Assembly (NCBI GenBank): GCA_038207085.1
Contig: JBBRAE010000005.1
Coordinates: 91,347-155,346, forward strand
Direction: 5' to 3'
Origin: Armatimonadota bacterium
Lineage (GTDB): Bacteria; Armatimonadota; UBA5829; DTLH01
DNA length: 64,000 bases
In this document: positions 1 to 9,799 of the stretch, in pieces
Layout of the letters: each line of letters starts with the position of its first letter
How positions within the stretch are numbered: position 1 is the stretch's first letter
Translations under genes and position numbers: made by a program
Notes under the pieces: generated by a model
Told to the model about the DNA's origin: nothing
The model's database searches: none
Seen by the model: only the letters and a program-made list of their open reading frames with translations

Positions 1-1495
1 GCGCGGTCCCGACCGAGTAGCGGGCCACCGACTCGGAATGTCCGTGGGCGTACTGATCCTTCGCATCAACGGCCTTGGCAAGCGTGACTATCGCACCGAC
101 GGACGCGTTTCTAAGAAAAGAGTATACCCGGCAGGGGTCCATGTTGCTCCCCGCGCCTGGCACGTCGGTGTAAGAGCTAACCGCGTTGTGGGAAATGTGC
201 TTGGCATGATACATCGCGATATCGGCTGCGCTTACGAGCGCTTCGCCGTCCCGTGCGTTTGCCGGGCACTCTGCAACGCCTATGCTGAGCGACACCTTCC
301 AGGTGTTCGCCATTCCCGGGCGCGCGTCTTCGCCCATCACCGTCTCACCGGACATCTCGGAGTGTGAGTCGACAACGGCGCGGATGCGCTCGGCCATGCC
401 AAGCGCCTCTTCGGCGGAAGTCTCGGGCATGATCACCGCGAACTCGTCCCCACCATAGCGGGCGACGAGGTCTATCTCGCGGATCGCGCCCGCGAGTGTC
501 GCAGCAAAGTTCTTAAGCACAGCGTCGCCCGCGGTGTGACCAAGGTTATCGTTTACAGCCTTGAACCCGTCGAGGTCGATCATCAAAAGGGCAAGCGGCC
601 TGTTGTAGCGAAGCGAACGCTTCATCTCCTGGCCCAGCCTGTCGTGAAAATATCTGTGATTGTAAAGCCCGGTCAGCCCGTCGGTGTTGGCCCGGCGAAG
701 CATGTTCGCCTGGCGCTCCTTCAGGTTGGCGGCCATGTCATTTAGACTGGTCGCGATGGTCCCGAGCTCGTCTGAGCCGTTCACAGGGATAGAACAGTCG
801 AGGTTCCCCTCTGCAAGTCGCTCGGTTGCGTCGGTGATCCTGTTGATCGACCTGCTTACAGTAGAGCTTAACAGCAGACTGAGCGTTGTCGCAAGCGCGA
901 GCGCCGAAAGCAGCGCAAGACAAGTCGAAGTCTGAATGCTTTGCTGAGCCGCGGCAACCTCTGAAGCGGACATATCGAGTCCCACAAGCGCAATCGCCTT
1001 GCCGTCCGCATTTTTCACCGGCGCGTATCCGGAAATCCACGTGCCGTTTCCATCGGCGCGGACCCGCGGGTCAAAGACCGCGCAGCTAAACCCATACATC
1101 ACCTTGGAACTCTGAGGGATCTTCCAAAGCGTGCCGACATCGGCGCTATTTGAACCCTTTTGCCCCATGTCCATAATAACCCTAAGCTTGTCGCGCTTGA
1201 GCGACGGAACCAGGGTATATATACGGTGAATACTGGGGTTGGCGGCAAGAAATATCTGCATCTTCTCCGCGAGTTCCCGATACTGCGGGCCTCTGGAGTC
1301 ATCGGCGGACTTGATCTTTGAGTGAGCCAGCGGGTTGATCAGTCCCGAAGCCAAAAACGCCGAACGCGCGAGCTTGGTGCCCGCCTCTTTGTGCAGAGCA
1401 GCGGTGGATTCTCGGTAGAAGAACCCAATAGTAAGCAGGGATATGCCCATTGTGCATACCCAGAATAGCAGTGCCAGCTTGCTTCCGAACCGCAT
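1..1495 (-). CDS. Membrane sensor-HAMP-GGDEF-HD-GYP protein (runs off the window's left edge)
   Basis: Not in the ORF track. Read by hand from ATG 1495: MRFGSKLALLFWV (TM), sensor region, second TM, HAMP (DELGTIATSLNDM), DGLTGLYNHRYF, REIDLVARYGGDEF, then AKDQYAHGHSESVARY (start of an HD-GYP domain). Confidence 0.9.
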   Translation of the reverse strand, partial: MRFGSKLALLFWVCTMGISLLTIGFFYRESTAALHKEAGTKLARSAFLASGLINPLAHSKIKSADDSRGPQYRELAEKMQIFLAANPSIHRIYTLVPSLKRDKLRVIMDMGQKGSNSADVGTLWKIPQSSKVMYGFSCAVFDPRVRADGNGTWISGYAPVKNADGKAIALVGLDMSASEVAAAQQSIQTSTCLALLSALALATTLSLLLSSTVSRSINRITDATERLAEGNLDCSIPVNGSDELGTIATSLNDMAANLKERQANMLRRANTDGLTGLYNHRYFHDRLGQEMKRSLRYNRPLALLMIDLDGFKAVNDNLGHTAGDAVLKNFAATLAGAIREIDLVARYGGDEFAVIMPETSAEEALGMAERIRAVVDSHSEMSGETVMGEDARPGMANTWKVSLSIGVAECPANARDGEALVSAADIAMYHAKHISHNAVSSYTDVPGAGSNMDPCRVYSFLRNASVGAIVTLAKAVDAKDQYAHGHSESVARYSVGTA

Positions 1496-1681
1496 AATTC
1501 CATCCTGTCCAATAACGAAATGTAATATAGACCTTGCGCATCTCAATTATTGGAAGAAAGGCCCGGTTTCTTAATGACAACTTCTTAATAAACTTGATCA
1601 AATAGTCTGCACTTCATTGGCGAATTTTTCGCCGTTGATCTCCCGAAAAGATAGCAATTGAGTTGTGACCGTGACTACCCT

Positions 1682-1690
1682 GTGGTATAA
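1682..1690 (+). promoter_or_regulatory. Extended -10 promoter (TGGTATAAT) upstream of ftsH
   Basis: Consensus TGnTATAAT about 65 nt before the start; SD GGAGGT precedes the TTG start. Confidence 0.6.
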
Positions 1691-1756
1691 TACTGATAGC
1701 CCCGGGGCATGACGATCAAACTTACGTGTGTGCCGTGAGCTGGAGGTGCCGATATT

Positions 1757-3700
1757 TTGAATCGACATGTACGAAATATTATCATAATTGTGGCGATAGT
1801 AGCCTTCGCCCTGGTCCTGCGAGCTCCAAAGAGCCCGTTTGCCCTCGGAGAGACGACAAAAGAAGTCTCCTTCACGACCGCAAAGAAACTCCTCAACGAG
1901 GATAAAGTGGTCCGAGGAACGGTCAAGAAAGATATCTTCGAGGGTCAGCTGAAGGACAAGACCAAGTTCCAGGTCAGGCTTCCCGCCAACGATCAGCAGA
2001 CGAGCGAGTTCTTCGCGCTTCTGGAAAAGAACAACGCCGACGTCAAAGTCGAAAGCGCTGCCGGATCCGAGATGATCACGAGCCTGCTGCTTTCCATAGT
2101 GCTTCCGATCGGTATGGTCGTTGTAATCTGGCTGTTCCTGATGCGTCAGGCGCAGGCTGGTGGCAACCAGGCTATGTCGTTTGGTCGCGCCAAGGCAAAG
2201 CGCCTCGGGGAGAACGTCCCCAAGGTCACTTTTGACGATGTCGCTGGTGTTGAAGAGGCCAAGCAGGAGCTTGAGGAAGTAGTCGAGTTCCTGAAAAACG
2301 CCAAGAAGTTCCAGGCGCTTGGAGCCAAGATCCCCAAGGGGGTCCTGCTCCTTGGACCTCCAGGATGCGGCAAGACCCTTCTTGCCCGCGCAATCGCCGG
2401 TGAGGCCGGGGTGCCGTTCTTCCACATCAGTGGATCGGACTTTGTTGAGATGTTTGTGGGAGTCGGCGCATCACGCGTCCGGGACCTGTTCGACACGGCA
2501 AAAGCAAACAGGCCCAGCCTGATCTTTATCGACGAAATCGACGCAGTGGGCCGACAGCGAGGCGCTGGCCTCGGCGGCGGTCACGACGAGCGCGAGCAGA
2601 CCCTGAACCAGCTCCTGGTTGAGATGGACGGGTTCGACCCGAACGCAGGGGTCATCCTGATCGCCGCGACCAACAGACCCGACGTTCTTGACCCGGCGCT
2701 CCTTAGACCGGGACGCTTCGACAGAAGAGTCGTCGTCGACAACCCCGACGCAGTCGGACGCAAGGCGATCCTTGCCGTTCACACCAAGGGCAAGCCGATC
2801 GCAGACGACGTTAACATCGATACAATCGCCCGCCGGACCCCGGGCTTTAGCGGGGCGGATATCGCGAACATGGTCAACGAGGCCGCGCTTATGGCAGCGC
2901 GCCGCGAGAAGACCAAGATATTCATGGACGACTTCGAGATGGCGATCGACCGAGTCATCGCCGGTCCCGAGCGAAAGAGCCGGATCATCAGCGAAAAAGA
3001 GAAAGAAATGGTCGCCTACCACGAGGTCGGGCACGCCATCGTCTCTGAAATGCTGCCTTTGGCCGACCCTGTGCACAAGGTATCGATCCTGCCCAGAGGA
3101 ATGGCGCTTGGGTATACCATCTCGCTTCCGGGTCAGGACAAGTATCTGACCACCAAGAGCGAGCTTTTGGACGACCTTGCCGGTCTCCTTGGAGGCCGAG
3201 TCGCCGAGCAGGTAGTCTTTAACGAGATATCGACCGGTGCGAGCAACGACCTTGAGCGGGCGACTGAGGTCGCGCGGGCGATGGTCTGCGACTACGGAAT
3301 GAGTGAGGTCCTCGGGCCGCTCACTCTCGGCAAGCGCCACGGCAACCCGTTCCTTGGCCGGGACATAATGGAAGATCGCAACTACTCCGAGGAGATCGCA
3401 ATGTCGATCGACAAGGAGATCAGAAAGATCATCGAGAACTCCTACCTGCGCGCAAAGAGCATGCTCCTTGAGAACAGGGCCAAAATGGACGAGATCGTCA
3501 AGGTTCTGCTTGTGCGAGAGACGCTTGAACGCGAGGAGTTCGTGGGCCTGATGGCCGACGCCAAACACCCGGTGTACGACAAGCCCGCAACCGGCGGCAC
3601 GACGTTTGCCCCCGGCGAGGGTGAGGCATGCCCTGATGCGGCCCCGCGAAGGGCCCCCGAGGGCGGCGGACACCCCAGGCTAGAGCCTGGTATGGCCTAA
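1757..3700 (+). CDS. ftsH: ATP-dependent zinc metalloprotease FtsH
   Basis: Two TM segments, Walker [47 protein letters not shown] zinc motif. Confidence 0.98.
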   Translation: MNRHVRNIIIIVAIVAFALVLRAPKSPFALGETTKEVSFTTAKKLLNEDKVVRGTVKKDIFEGQLKDKTKFQVRLPANDQQTSEFFALLEKNNADVKVESAAGSEMITSLLLSIVLPIGMVVVIWLFLMRQAQAGGNQAMSFGRAKAKRLGENVPKVTFDDVAGVEEAKQELEEVVEFLKNAKKFQALGAKIPKGVLLLGPPGCGKTLLARAIAGEAGVPFFHISGSDFVEMFVGVGASRVRDLFDTAKANRPSLIFIDEIDAVGRQRGAGLGGGHDEREQTLNQLLVEMDGFDPNAGVILIAATNRPDVLDPALLRPGRFDRRVVVDNPDAVGRKAILAVHTKGKPIADDVNIDTIARRTPGFSGADIANMVNEAALMAARREKTKIFMDDFEMAIDRVIAGPERKSRIISEKEKEMVAYHEVGHAIVSEMLPLADPVHKVSILPRGMALGYTISLPGQDKYLTTKSELLDDLAGLLGGRVAEQVVFNEISTGASNDLERATEVARAMVCDYGMSEVLGPLTLGKRHGNPFLGRDIMEDRNYSEEIAMSIDKEIRKIIENSYLRAKSMLLENRAKMDEIVKVLLVRETLEREEFVGLMADAKHPVYDKPATGGTTFAPGEGEACPDAAPRRAPEGGGHPRLEPGMA

Positions 3701-3736
3701 CAGAGCAGATCATAAGTCAACGACAGTAAGAAAGTG

Positions 3737-3767
3737 GGGTCGCTCCTGTGTGGGGCGGCCCTTCTTT
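3737..3767 (+). terminator. Probable intrinsic terminator after ftsH
   Basis: GGGTCGCTCC/GGGGCGGCCC stem (with G-U pairs) followed by TTCTTT. Confidence 0.6.
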
Positions 3768-3787
3768 GCATGGGAGAAACCAATCAG

Positions 3788-4702
3788 ATGCCAAGAATCG
3801 TCCAGTGTGTGCCGAACTTCAGCGAGGGGAGACGCCCCGAGGTCGTCGCGGCGATCGCGCATGCGATGGGCTCGGCGGGATCGGCCAAGGTGGTCAATTA
3901 CTCGCTCGACTGCGACCACAACCGCTGCGTCATCACCCTAGTGGGCGAACCGGCCTCGGTCGCAGACGCTCTGCTTGCCGGAGCGAAAAAGGCCGTCGAG
4001 CTGATCGACATCACGCGGCACACGGGCGGGCACCCCAGAATCGGCGCGATCGACGTTGTGCCGGTCGTCCCGGTGATGGGGGTCGACATGAGCGACTGCG
4101 TCGCACTATCCTGCACGATCGGCGAACGGCTCGCCTGCGAGCTAGGTCTTCCGGTCTACTTCTATGAAGAAAGCGCAAACCTTTCCTGCCGCGCCAACCT
4201 CGCTGAGATCAGGCGCGGCGGCTACGAAGCCCTGATGGCGACGGGCCTCGCAGGCGAACGCGCACCCGACCTCGGACCGAGCAGGCTTCACCCGACCGCA
4301 GGCGCAACCGTAGTCGGCGCGCGCGGCCCCCTGATCGCCTACAACGTCAACCTCCAAACAGGCGATATATCCGTCGCCCGCTCTATCGCAAAAAGAATCC
4401 GTCAGCTTCGAGACTCGGGGCAGGGAATGGCCGGGGTCAAGGCGATCGGCGTGGAGCTCGCCTCCCGGGGTATCGTCCAGGTCTCGACCAACATCACCCA
4501 GCCGCACGCGACAGGGGTCTTTGAAGTCTACAAGTTCATCGAGGACGAAGCCGCCTCTTTGGGTATCGCGGTGCTTGAGTCAGAGCTTATCGGGGTGCTG
4601 CGCGAAGAGGCGATAGTCGACGCCTTCTGCGCCGCGATCAAACTGCCAACGCTTCACGAGTCAAGGGTCCTCGACAACTGGTTGCCGACGCGCGACAAGT
4701 AG
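3788..4702 (+). CDS. ftcD: Glutamate formimidoyltransferase
   Basis: VQCVPNFSEGRR, DCDHNRCVIT, HTGGHPRIGAIDVVP, GARGPLIAYNVNL; start placed at ATG 3788 after GGAGA. Confidence 0.93.
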   Translation: MPRIVQCVPNFSEGRRPEVVAAIAHAMGSAGSAKVVNYSLDCDHNRCVITLVGEPASVADALLAGAKKAVELIDITRHTGGHPRIGAIDVVPVVPVMGVDMSDCVALSCTIGERLACELGLPVYFYEESANLSCRANLAEIRRGGYEALMATGLAGERAPDLGPSRLHPTAGATVVGARGPLIAYNVNLQTGDISVARSIAKRIRQLRDSGQGMAGVKAIGVELASRGIVQVSTNITQPHATGVFEVYKFIEDEAASLGIAVLESELIGVLREEAIVDAFCAAIKLPTLHESRVLDNWLPTRDK

Positions 4703-4799
4703 TGGCTTGCGCGCCGGACACAGGGAGGAACTTCACGCCTCAGAAGCTAACTAAACTATAGTCGTCCGTGGAACGACGAGTTGTGTAAAGAGGTGTTTG

Positions 4800-6494
4800 A
4801 TGAACCACGCGGGTTCCTGTTTGGTCAGTCGTTTTGTCCCCAAGAGCGAGTTTTCCTCCTACGAGGAGTTCAAATCAGAGTTTCGGATAGATATCCCCGA
4901 GAACTTCAACTTCGCGTACGACGTAGTCGATCACTACGCCCTGACGCAACCTGAGAAGGTCGCGCTGGTGTGGCTCGACGACAAGGGCGACGAGCAGACC
5001 TTCACCTTCGCCGATCTTAAGCACTACAGCGACAAGACCGCGAACCTGCTCCAAACGCTCGGCATAGGCAAGGGCGACCCCGTGATGCTGATAGCCAAGC
5101 GCCGCTACGAGTTCTGGTTTATGCTGATCGCGCTGCACAAGCTCGGCGCAGTCGCTGTCCCCGCAAGCCACATGCTGACCGCTCGCGACATCAGCTACCG
5201 ATGCAACGCAGCCGACATTAGGGCCATTTTCGCCATCGCCGACGAGCGCATCGCGAGCGAGGTAGAAGAAGCCGAAAAAAGTTCGCCCACGCTCAATGTC
5301 AAGATCCTGATGCGCGGAACAAGAGAGGGCTGGCACAGCTTCGACGAGGAGCTTACCAAGTCCTCCGACAGTTTTGCGCGCCCCACCGGGGCCGACGCTA
5401 CCACAAACGACGACACCTCGGTGCTATTTTTCACCTCTGGCACGACGGGTCTGCCGAAGATGGTCGAGCACGACTTCACCTATCCCCTCGGACACATCAT
5501 CACTGCGGCCTACTGGCAGAACTGCGAGGACGGCGGCCTGCATCTCACCGTCGCCGACACCGGATGGGCCAAGTTCGCCTGGGGCAAGATTTACGGCCAG
5601 TGGATATCGGGCTGCGCGGTGTTTGTCTACGACTACGACCACAAGTTTGAGCCAAAGAAGCTTCTACAGGTGCTGGACGATTACCAGATCACATCTTTCT
5701 GCGCCCCCTCGACCATTTTTCGCATGATGCTGATGGAGGACTGCTCCAAGTACGACCTCAAGCACCTGAAAGACTGCGTCTGCGCCGGTGAGCCGCTCTA
5801 TCCCGAGGTCTACAACAAGATCCTCGAAGTGATGGGCCTACGGCTGCGCGAGGGTTTCGGGCAGTCGGAAACGGTCGTCGCGATCGCTAACTTCCCCTGG
5901 ATGGAGGGCAAACCCGGCTCAATGGGCAAGCCTTCCCCCACCTACGACATCGCGATCATCGACGACGAGGGCAACCTCTGCGGCGACGGTGAACAGGGCC
6001 ACGTCGTGTACAAGCTCGATGGCTCCCGCCCCGCGGGCATGTTCTGCCGCTACCACCGCAACCAGGAGCTGACCGACAAGGCGTTCCGCGACGGGCTCTA
6101 TTATACCGGCGACATCGCCTACCGTGACGAGGACGGCTACTACTGGTACGTCTGCCGAGCCGACGACACGATCAAAAGCTCCGGCTACAAGATCGGCCCC
6201 TTCGAGGTCGAAAGCGTGCTGCAGGAGCACCCCGCAGTCCACGAGTGCGCTGTTACAGGTGTCCCGGACCCCATTCGCGGCCAGATCGTCAAGGCGACGA
6301 TCGTCCTAGCCGCCGACTTCGAGCCCTCAGACGTGCTTGCCAAAGAGCTTCAGGACTTCGTAAAGCACAACACCGCGCCCTACAAATATCCGAGGCTCGT
6401 AGAGTTCGTCGATGCGCTCCCAAGGACCCACAGCGGCAAGGTCAGCCGAAACGTGATTCGCAAGACCGACCAGGAGAAAGTTGCAAAGCTGTAA
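4800..6494 (+). CDS. AMP-forming acyl-CoA synthetase (short/medium-chain acid--CoA ligase family)
   Basis: FFTSGTTGLPK, GFGQSE, YTGD, KSSGYKIGPFEVE, APYKYPR, SGK motifs. Confidence 0.93.
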   Translation: MNHAGSCLVSRFVPKSEFSSYEEFKSEFRIDIPENFNFAYDVVDHYALTQPEKVALVWLDDKGDEQTFTFADLKHYSDKTANLLQTLGIGKGDPVMLIAKRRYEFWFMLIALHKLGAVAVPASHMLTARDISYRCNAADIRAIFAIADERIASEVEEAEKSSPTLNVKILMRGTREGWHSFDEELTKSSDSFARPTGADATTNDDTSVLFFTSGTTGLPKMVEHDFTYPLGHIITAAYWQNCEDGGLHLTVADTGWAKFAWGKIYGQWISGCAVFVYDYDHKFEPKKLLQVLDDYQITSFCAPSTIFRMMLMEDCSKYDLKHLKDCVCAGEPLYPEVYNKILEVMGLRLREGFGQSETVVAIANFPWMEGKPGSMGKPSPTYDIAIIDDEGNLCGDGEQGHVVYKLDGSRPAGMFCRYHRNQELTDKAFRDGLYYTGDIAYRDEDGYYWYVCRADDTIKSSGYKIGPFEVESVLQEHPAVHECAVTGVPDPIRGQIVKATIVLAADFEPSDVLAKELQDFVKHNTAPYKYPRLVEFVDALPRTHSGKVSRNVIRKTDQEKVAKL

Positions 6495-6564
6495 ACCTTG
6501 ACGTTAGTCGAGAAAACCTGTCCCGCCAGCCAAGCGATATTCCCGCAAATACGCAAAACTCAGT

Positions 6565-6701
6565 TATAATATCTCAACATTTCGGTGCATGAGGGCAGTG
6601 GACGAACATACGTCTACGACCTGAGCAACGTAAAATAGACTATTACTGCGCCACGATTTCAGAACACTCCGGGGCAGGCACTCTTTGCCCCGGAGTGTTT
6701 T
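6565..6701 (+). ncRNA. Candidate ~125-nt small RNA between convergent genes
   Basis: TATAAT at 6565-6570, internal helices, ends at a 14-bp hairpin; no meaningful ORF; family not recognised. Confidence 0.3.
6663..6701. terminator. Strong, probably bidirectional intrinsic terminator
   Basis: Perfect 14-bp stem AACACTCCGGGGCA/TGCCCCGGAGTGTT with TTTT on the + side, between convergent genes. Confidence 0.85.
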
Positions 6702-6759
6702 CACATCTGACGCCTGCACTACATTTCCCAACCGGCACGGGATGAGGTAATCCTGCGCG

Positions 6760-9237
6760 CTATATGAACAGGTTCACATTCCCCGCTTCGGCCCGGTCAA
6801 GATAGGTTGCGACGCCGCCTTCTTCGACTCCGTCGATCAGCTCTTCGCGCTTGATCCCCATCAGGTCCATCGACATCGTGCAGACGACGAGCTTCACCCC
6901 TGACCTCATCGCCGACTCGATCAGCTCAGGCAGGCTCGGGACGTTTTTCTTCTTCATAATTCCCTTTATCATCGCAAGGCCCATCCCTCCCATGTTCATA
7001 TTTGAGAGCTTGAGCTTGTCGGCCCCACGGGGCATCATCCAGCCGAACATCTTCTCGATTGCGGTCTTGCGGACCGGCGCAGGGTCAGGCCGCCTGAGCG
7101 CGTTTATCCCCCAGAAGGTGAAGAACATCGTCACGTCGCTTCCCATCGAGGCCGCGCCGTTTGCGATGATGAATGCGGCCATCTGCTTGTCGAACTCGCC
7201 GCTAAAGACGACCATCGTCTTGTGCTTGGACAAGGGCACGGCGGTCGATGCCTGCGCCGAACCGCTACCCTTGGCGATCGTCGCCTTGAAGTGGCCGTTT
7301 TCGGGAGCGACCGAGATCAGGCGGTTCCCCGTCCCGTGGCACCAGGAACTGATGTCTCGGGCAAACGCGGGGTCGCTCGACGTTACGGCGATCGCTTCGC
7401 CCTCTTTGATCGCCTTCATCTCCTCGGATACGCGCATGATCGGTCCCGGACACTGTAGTCCGCAGGCGTCGACCTGCCTCACGACCGGCGCGGGCTGCGG
7501 GTTGCACTCCTGTGTGACATGGCAGCTGACCCCCGAGTCGTCGCAGACCTCACCCTTCGGCGGCTCGGGCCGCTTGTAGCCGTTTGACACGCTCTGCGAA
7601 TATGTCCTGATCCCGCCGGATAGGTTGCGGCACTTGAAGCCGTTCTGGGCAAGCACCCGGCAGGCGAGGTACCCCCGCAGCCCGACCGCACAGAAGACCA
7701 GTATCTCCCTGTCACGGGAGAGTTCGCCCAGCCTGTCCCGAAGCTCATCGAGCGGAATATTGACCGACCCCGGAATCGTCCCTGCGGCGACCTCGAAGGG
7801 CTTGCGCACGTCAAGAAGCACCTGGTCCTCGCGTGGGTCGACTACGTCCGGGACGTGGCAGAGCGACACGTCGCCCCGGATCACGTTTGAGGCGACAAAG
7901 CCCGCGTAGTTCACTGGGTCCTTGGCCGAGCCAAACGGAGGAGCGTAGGAAAGCTCTAGCTCTTCCAGGTCAAAGACGCTCATCCCGGCCCTCATCGCGA
8001 CCGCGAGCACGTCTATGCGCTTGTCGACCCCGTCCGCACCTACGGCCTGAGCGCCGAGAATTCGACCGTCCCCGGGGTCAAAAAGCAGCTTCAGCGTTAT
8101 CTGGCTTGCGCCGGGGTAGTAGCTCGCGTGGCTTGCGGGGTGCACATAGACCTTCTCGTACGCCCGACCGAGCCGCCTAAGCGTCTTCTCGTTCATCCCC
8201 GTCATCCCGACCGCCAGGTCAAAGACCTTGCAGATGCCGGTCCCCTGAGTGTCTTTATATACCGAATCGCGGCCAAAAGCGTTGTCCGCGGCGATCCTTC
8301 CCTGACGGTTCGCGGGTCCGGCGAGCGGAATCAGGGTCTGGAAACCACCGACAAAATCCCGCACCTCGACCGCGTCGCCGACGGCGAAGATATCCGGGTC
8401 GCTTGTCCTCATGTGCTCGTCGACGACGATTCCGCCGCGCTCGCCTATCGCCAGCCCGGCCCCCTTGGCAAGGGAGACTTCGGGGCGCACGCCGATCGCC
8501 ATTATAGCGATGCCGCACTCCACTGAGTCGCCGGTGCTGAGGTTCGCCCGAAGCGAGTCATCAAGCGCCACAAAGGAGGTCACGCTCGTCTCAAGGCGCA
8601 GGTCCACCCCGTTCATCCCCAAGTGCTGGTGCAGTGGGTGCGCGATCTCGGGGTCGACCGGAGCCATCACCTGTGGAGAAAGCTCGACGAGCGTCACGCC
8701 GACCCCTCGCTCCCGAAGCGCCTCTGCCATCTCAAGGCCGATGTACCCGCCGCCGATCACCACCGAGTTCTCGGGCTTGGTATCCTCAAGCACCCGGATG
8801 ATCGCGTCCATGTCGGCCATCGAGCGCAGGGTCAGGACTCGTGGGTCGTCACTTCCTGGTATCGGCACCCGAATCGGCTCTGCACCGGGGCTTAGCACAA
8901 GCTTGTCGTAGCAAAGCGTCTCGGCCTGCCCGGTCTCGACGTTTCTAAGGGTCACATTGCGCGCTCCTCTGTCAATTGCGACAACCTCGGTCCTTACGCG
9001 CACGTCGATTCGCAGGTTGCCGTAGAGCGTCTGCGGCGTCTGGACGAGGAGCCGCCCCCGGTCGGCGATCGTGCCCCCGATGTGATAGGGCAGGCCGCAG
9101 TTTGCAAACGAAACGTATTCTCCGCGCTCCACAAGCACGATCTCAGCGTCCTCTGAGAGCCTTCTGGCCCGCGCTGCGGCAGATGCGCCTCCGGCGACCC
9201 CTCCGACTATGACGATTCGAGTCTTTTCTTTTTTCAA
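6760..9237 (-). CDS. CoA-disulfide/persulfide reductase fused to rhodanese, TusA/SirA and DsrE-like domains
   Basis: GGVAGG FAD motif, SFANCGLPY, GGGYIGLE, SYAPPF; rhodanese CAVGLRG; TusA DACGLQCPGP; DsrE MFFTFWG...VCTMSMD. Confidence 0.93.
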   Translation of the reverse strand: MKKEKTRIVIVGGVAGGASAAARARRLSEDAEIVLVERGEYVSFANCGLPYHIGGTIADRGRLLVQTPQTLYGNLRIDVRVRTEVVAIDRGARNVTLRNVETGQAETLCYDKLVLSPGAEPIRVPIPGSDDPRVLTLRSMADMDAIIRVLEDTKPENSVVIGGGYIGLEMAEALRERGVGVTLVELSPQVMAPVDPEIAHPLHQHLGMNGVDLRLETSVTSFVALDDSLRANLSTGDSVECGIAIMAIGVRPEVSLAKGAGLAIGERGGIVVDEHMRTSDPDIFAVGDAVEVRDFVGGFQTLIPLAGPANRQGRIAADNAFGRDSVYKDTQGTGICKVFDLAVGMTGMNEKTLRRLGRAYEKVYVHPASHASYYPGASQITLKLLFDPGDGRILGAQAVGADGVDKRIDVLAVAMRAGMSVFDLEELELSYAPPFGSAKDPVNYAGFVASNVIRGDVSLCHVPDVVDPREDQVLLDVRKPFEVAAGTIPGSVNIPLDELRDRLGELSRDREILVFCAVGLRGYLACRVLAQNGFKCRNLSGGIRTYSQSVSNGYKRPEPPKGEVCDDSGVSCHVTQECNPQPAPVVRQVDACGLQCPGPIMRVSEEMKAIKEGEAIAVTSSDPAFARDISSWCHGTGNRLISVAPENGHFKATIAKGSGSAQASTAVPLSKHKTMVVFSGEFDKQMAAFIIANGAASMGSDVTMFFTFWGINALRRPDPAPVRKTAIEKMFGWMMPRGADKLKLSNMNMGGMGLAMIKGIMKKKNVPSLPELIESAMRSGVKLVVCTMSMDLMGIKREELIDGVEEGGVATYLDRAEAGNVNLFI

Positions 9238-9579
9238 CTATTCCTCCATACAATCATCAGGAAGCGCAGCATCCCCGCAGTGCGCCCGGACGCAGGACAG
9301 AAGCGCCGGAAGCTGCGGAGAGACAATTTTGTAGTGAACGGTGCGCCCGACCCGCACGCTCCCGAGCAGCCCACAGTTCTGCATAAGCCTGAGGTGTTCG
9401 CATATCTGGTTCTCCCTAACTTCACAGATCTCTGATATCTCGCGAACGGTGAAATCCCCCTGCATCAGCGCATCGACGATCCGCAGGCGCACGGGGTGAG
9501 CGAGCACCTTGAGGCACGCCGCCGCCTCCGAGAGCTTTTCCATAGGGAGCAGGTCGATCTTTGTCTTGGTCAGTTCCAT
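9238..9579 (-). CDS. ArsR/SmtB family repressor, 7 Cys
   Basis: LKVLAHPVRLRIV...HLRLM...GRTVHYKI winged HTH; abuts the reductase start. Confidence 0.9.
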   Translation of the reverse strand: MELTKTKIDLLPMEKLSEAAACLKVLAHPVRLRIVDALMQGDFTVREISEICEVRENQICEHLRLMQNCGLLGSVRVGRTVHYKIVSPQLPALLSCVRAHCGDAALPDDCMEE

Positions 9580-9598
9580 CTCACATGTCCTAATATCG

Positions 9599-9636
9599 AT
9601 ATATCGTGAGTCTACGATGTATTAATGGCATTATAC
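9599..9636 (-). promoter_or_regulatory. Extended -10 promoter plus inverted-repeat operator of the arsR-reductase operon
   Basis: Minus-strand TGGTATAAT near 9631-9639; ATATATCGTG-N4-TACGATGTAT (8/10 match) at 9599-9622 over the expected start site. Confidence 0.6.
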
Positions 9637-9799
9637 CACATTTTGGCTAATACAAACACAACGGGAGAAATAGTGTGGAGTGCACTATTCCCATATTCTG
9701 CGGGAACGTTTCGTTTAGTCCAACCTATCGAATCCGTAGAATCAAGTTCCCGCAGCATGCATCGGCGTACAAAGCGGCGTCAAGACGCCGCAATCCATA

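Noticed and set aside
6590-6655. Pistol/hammerhead ribozyme or purine riboswitch
   Set aside because: Partial word matches only (AAAUAG, CUGAG, GUCUAC); required pseudoknot or core not found.
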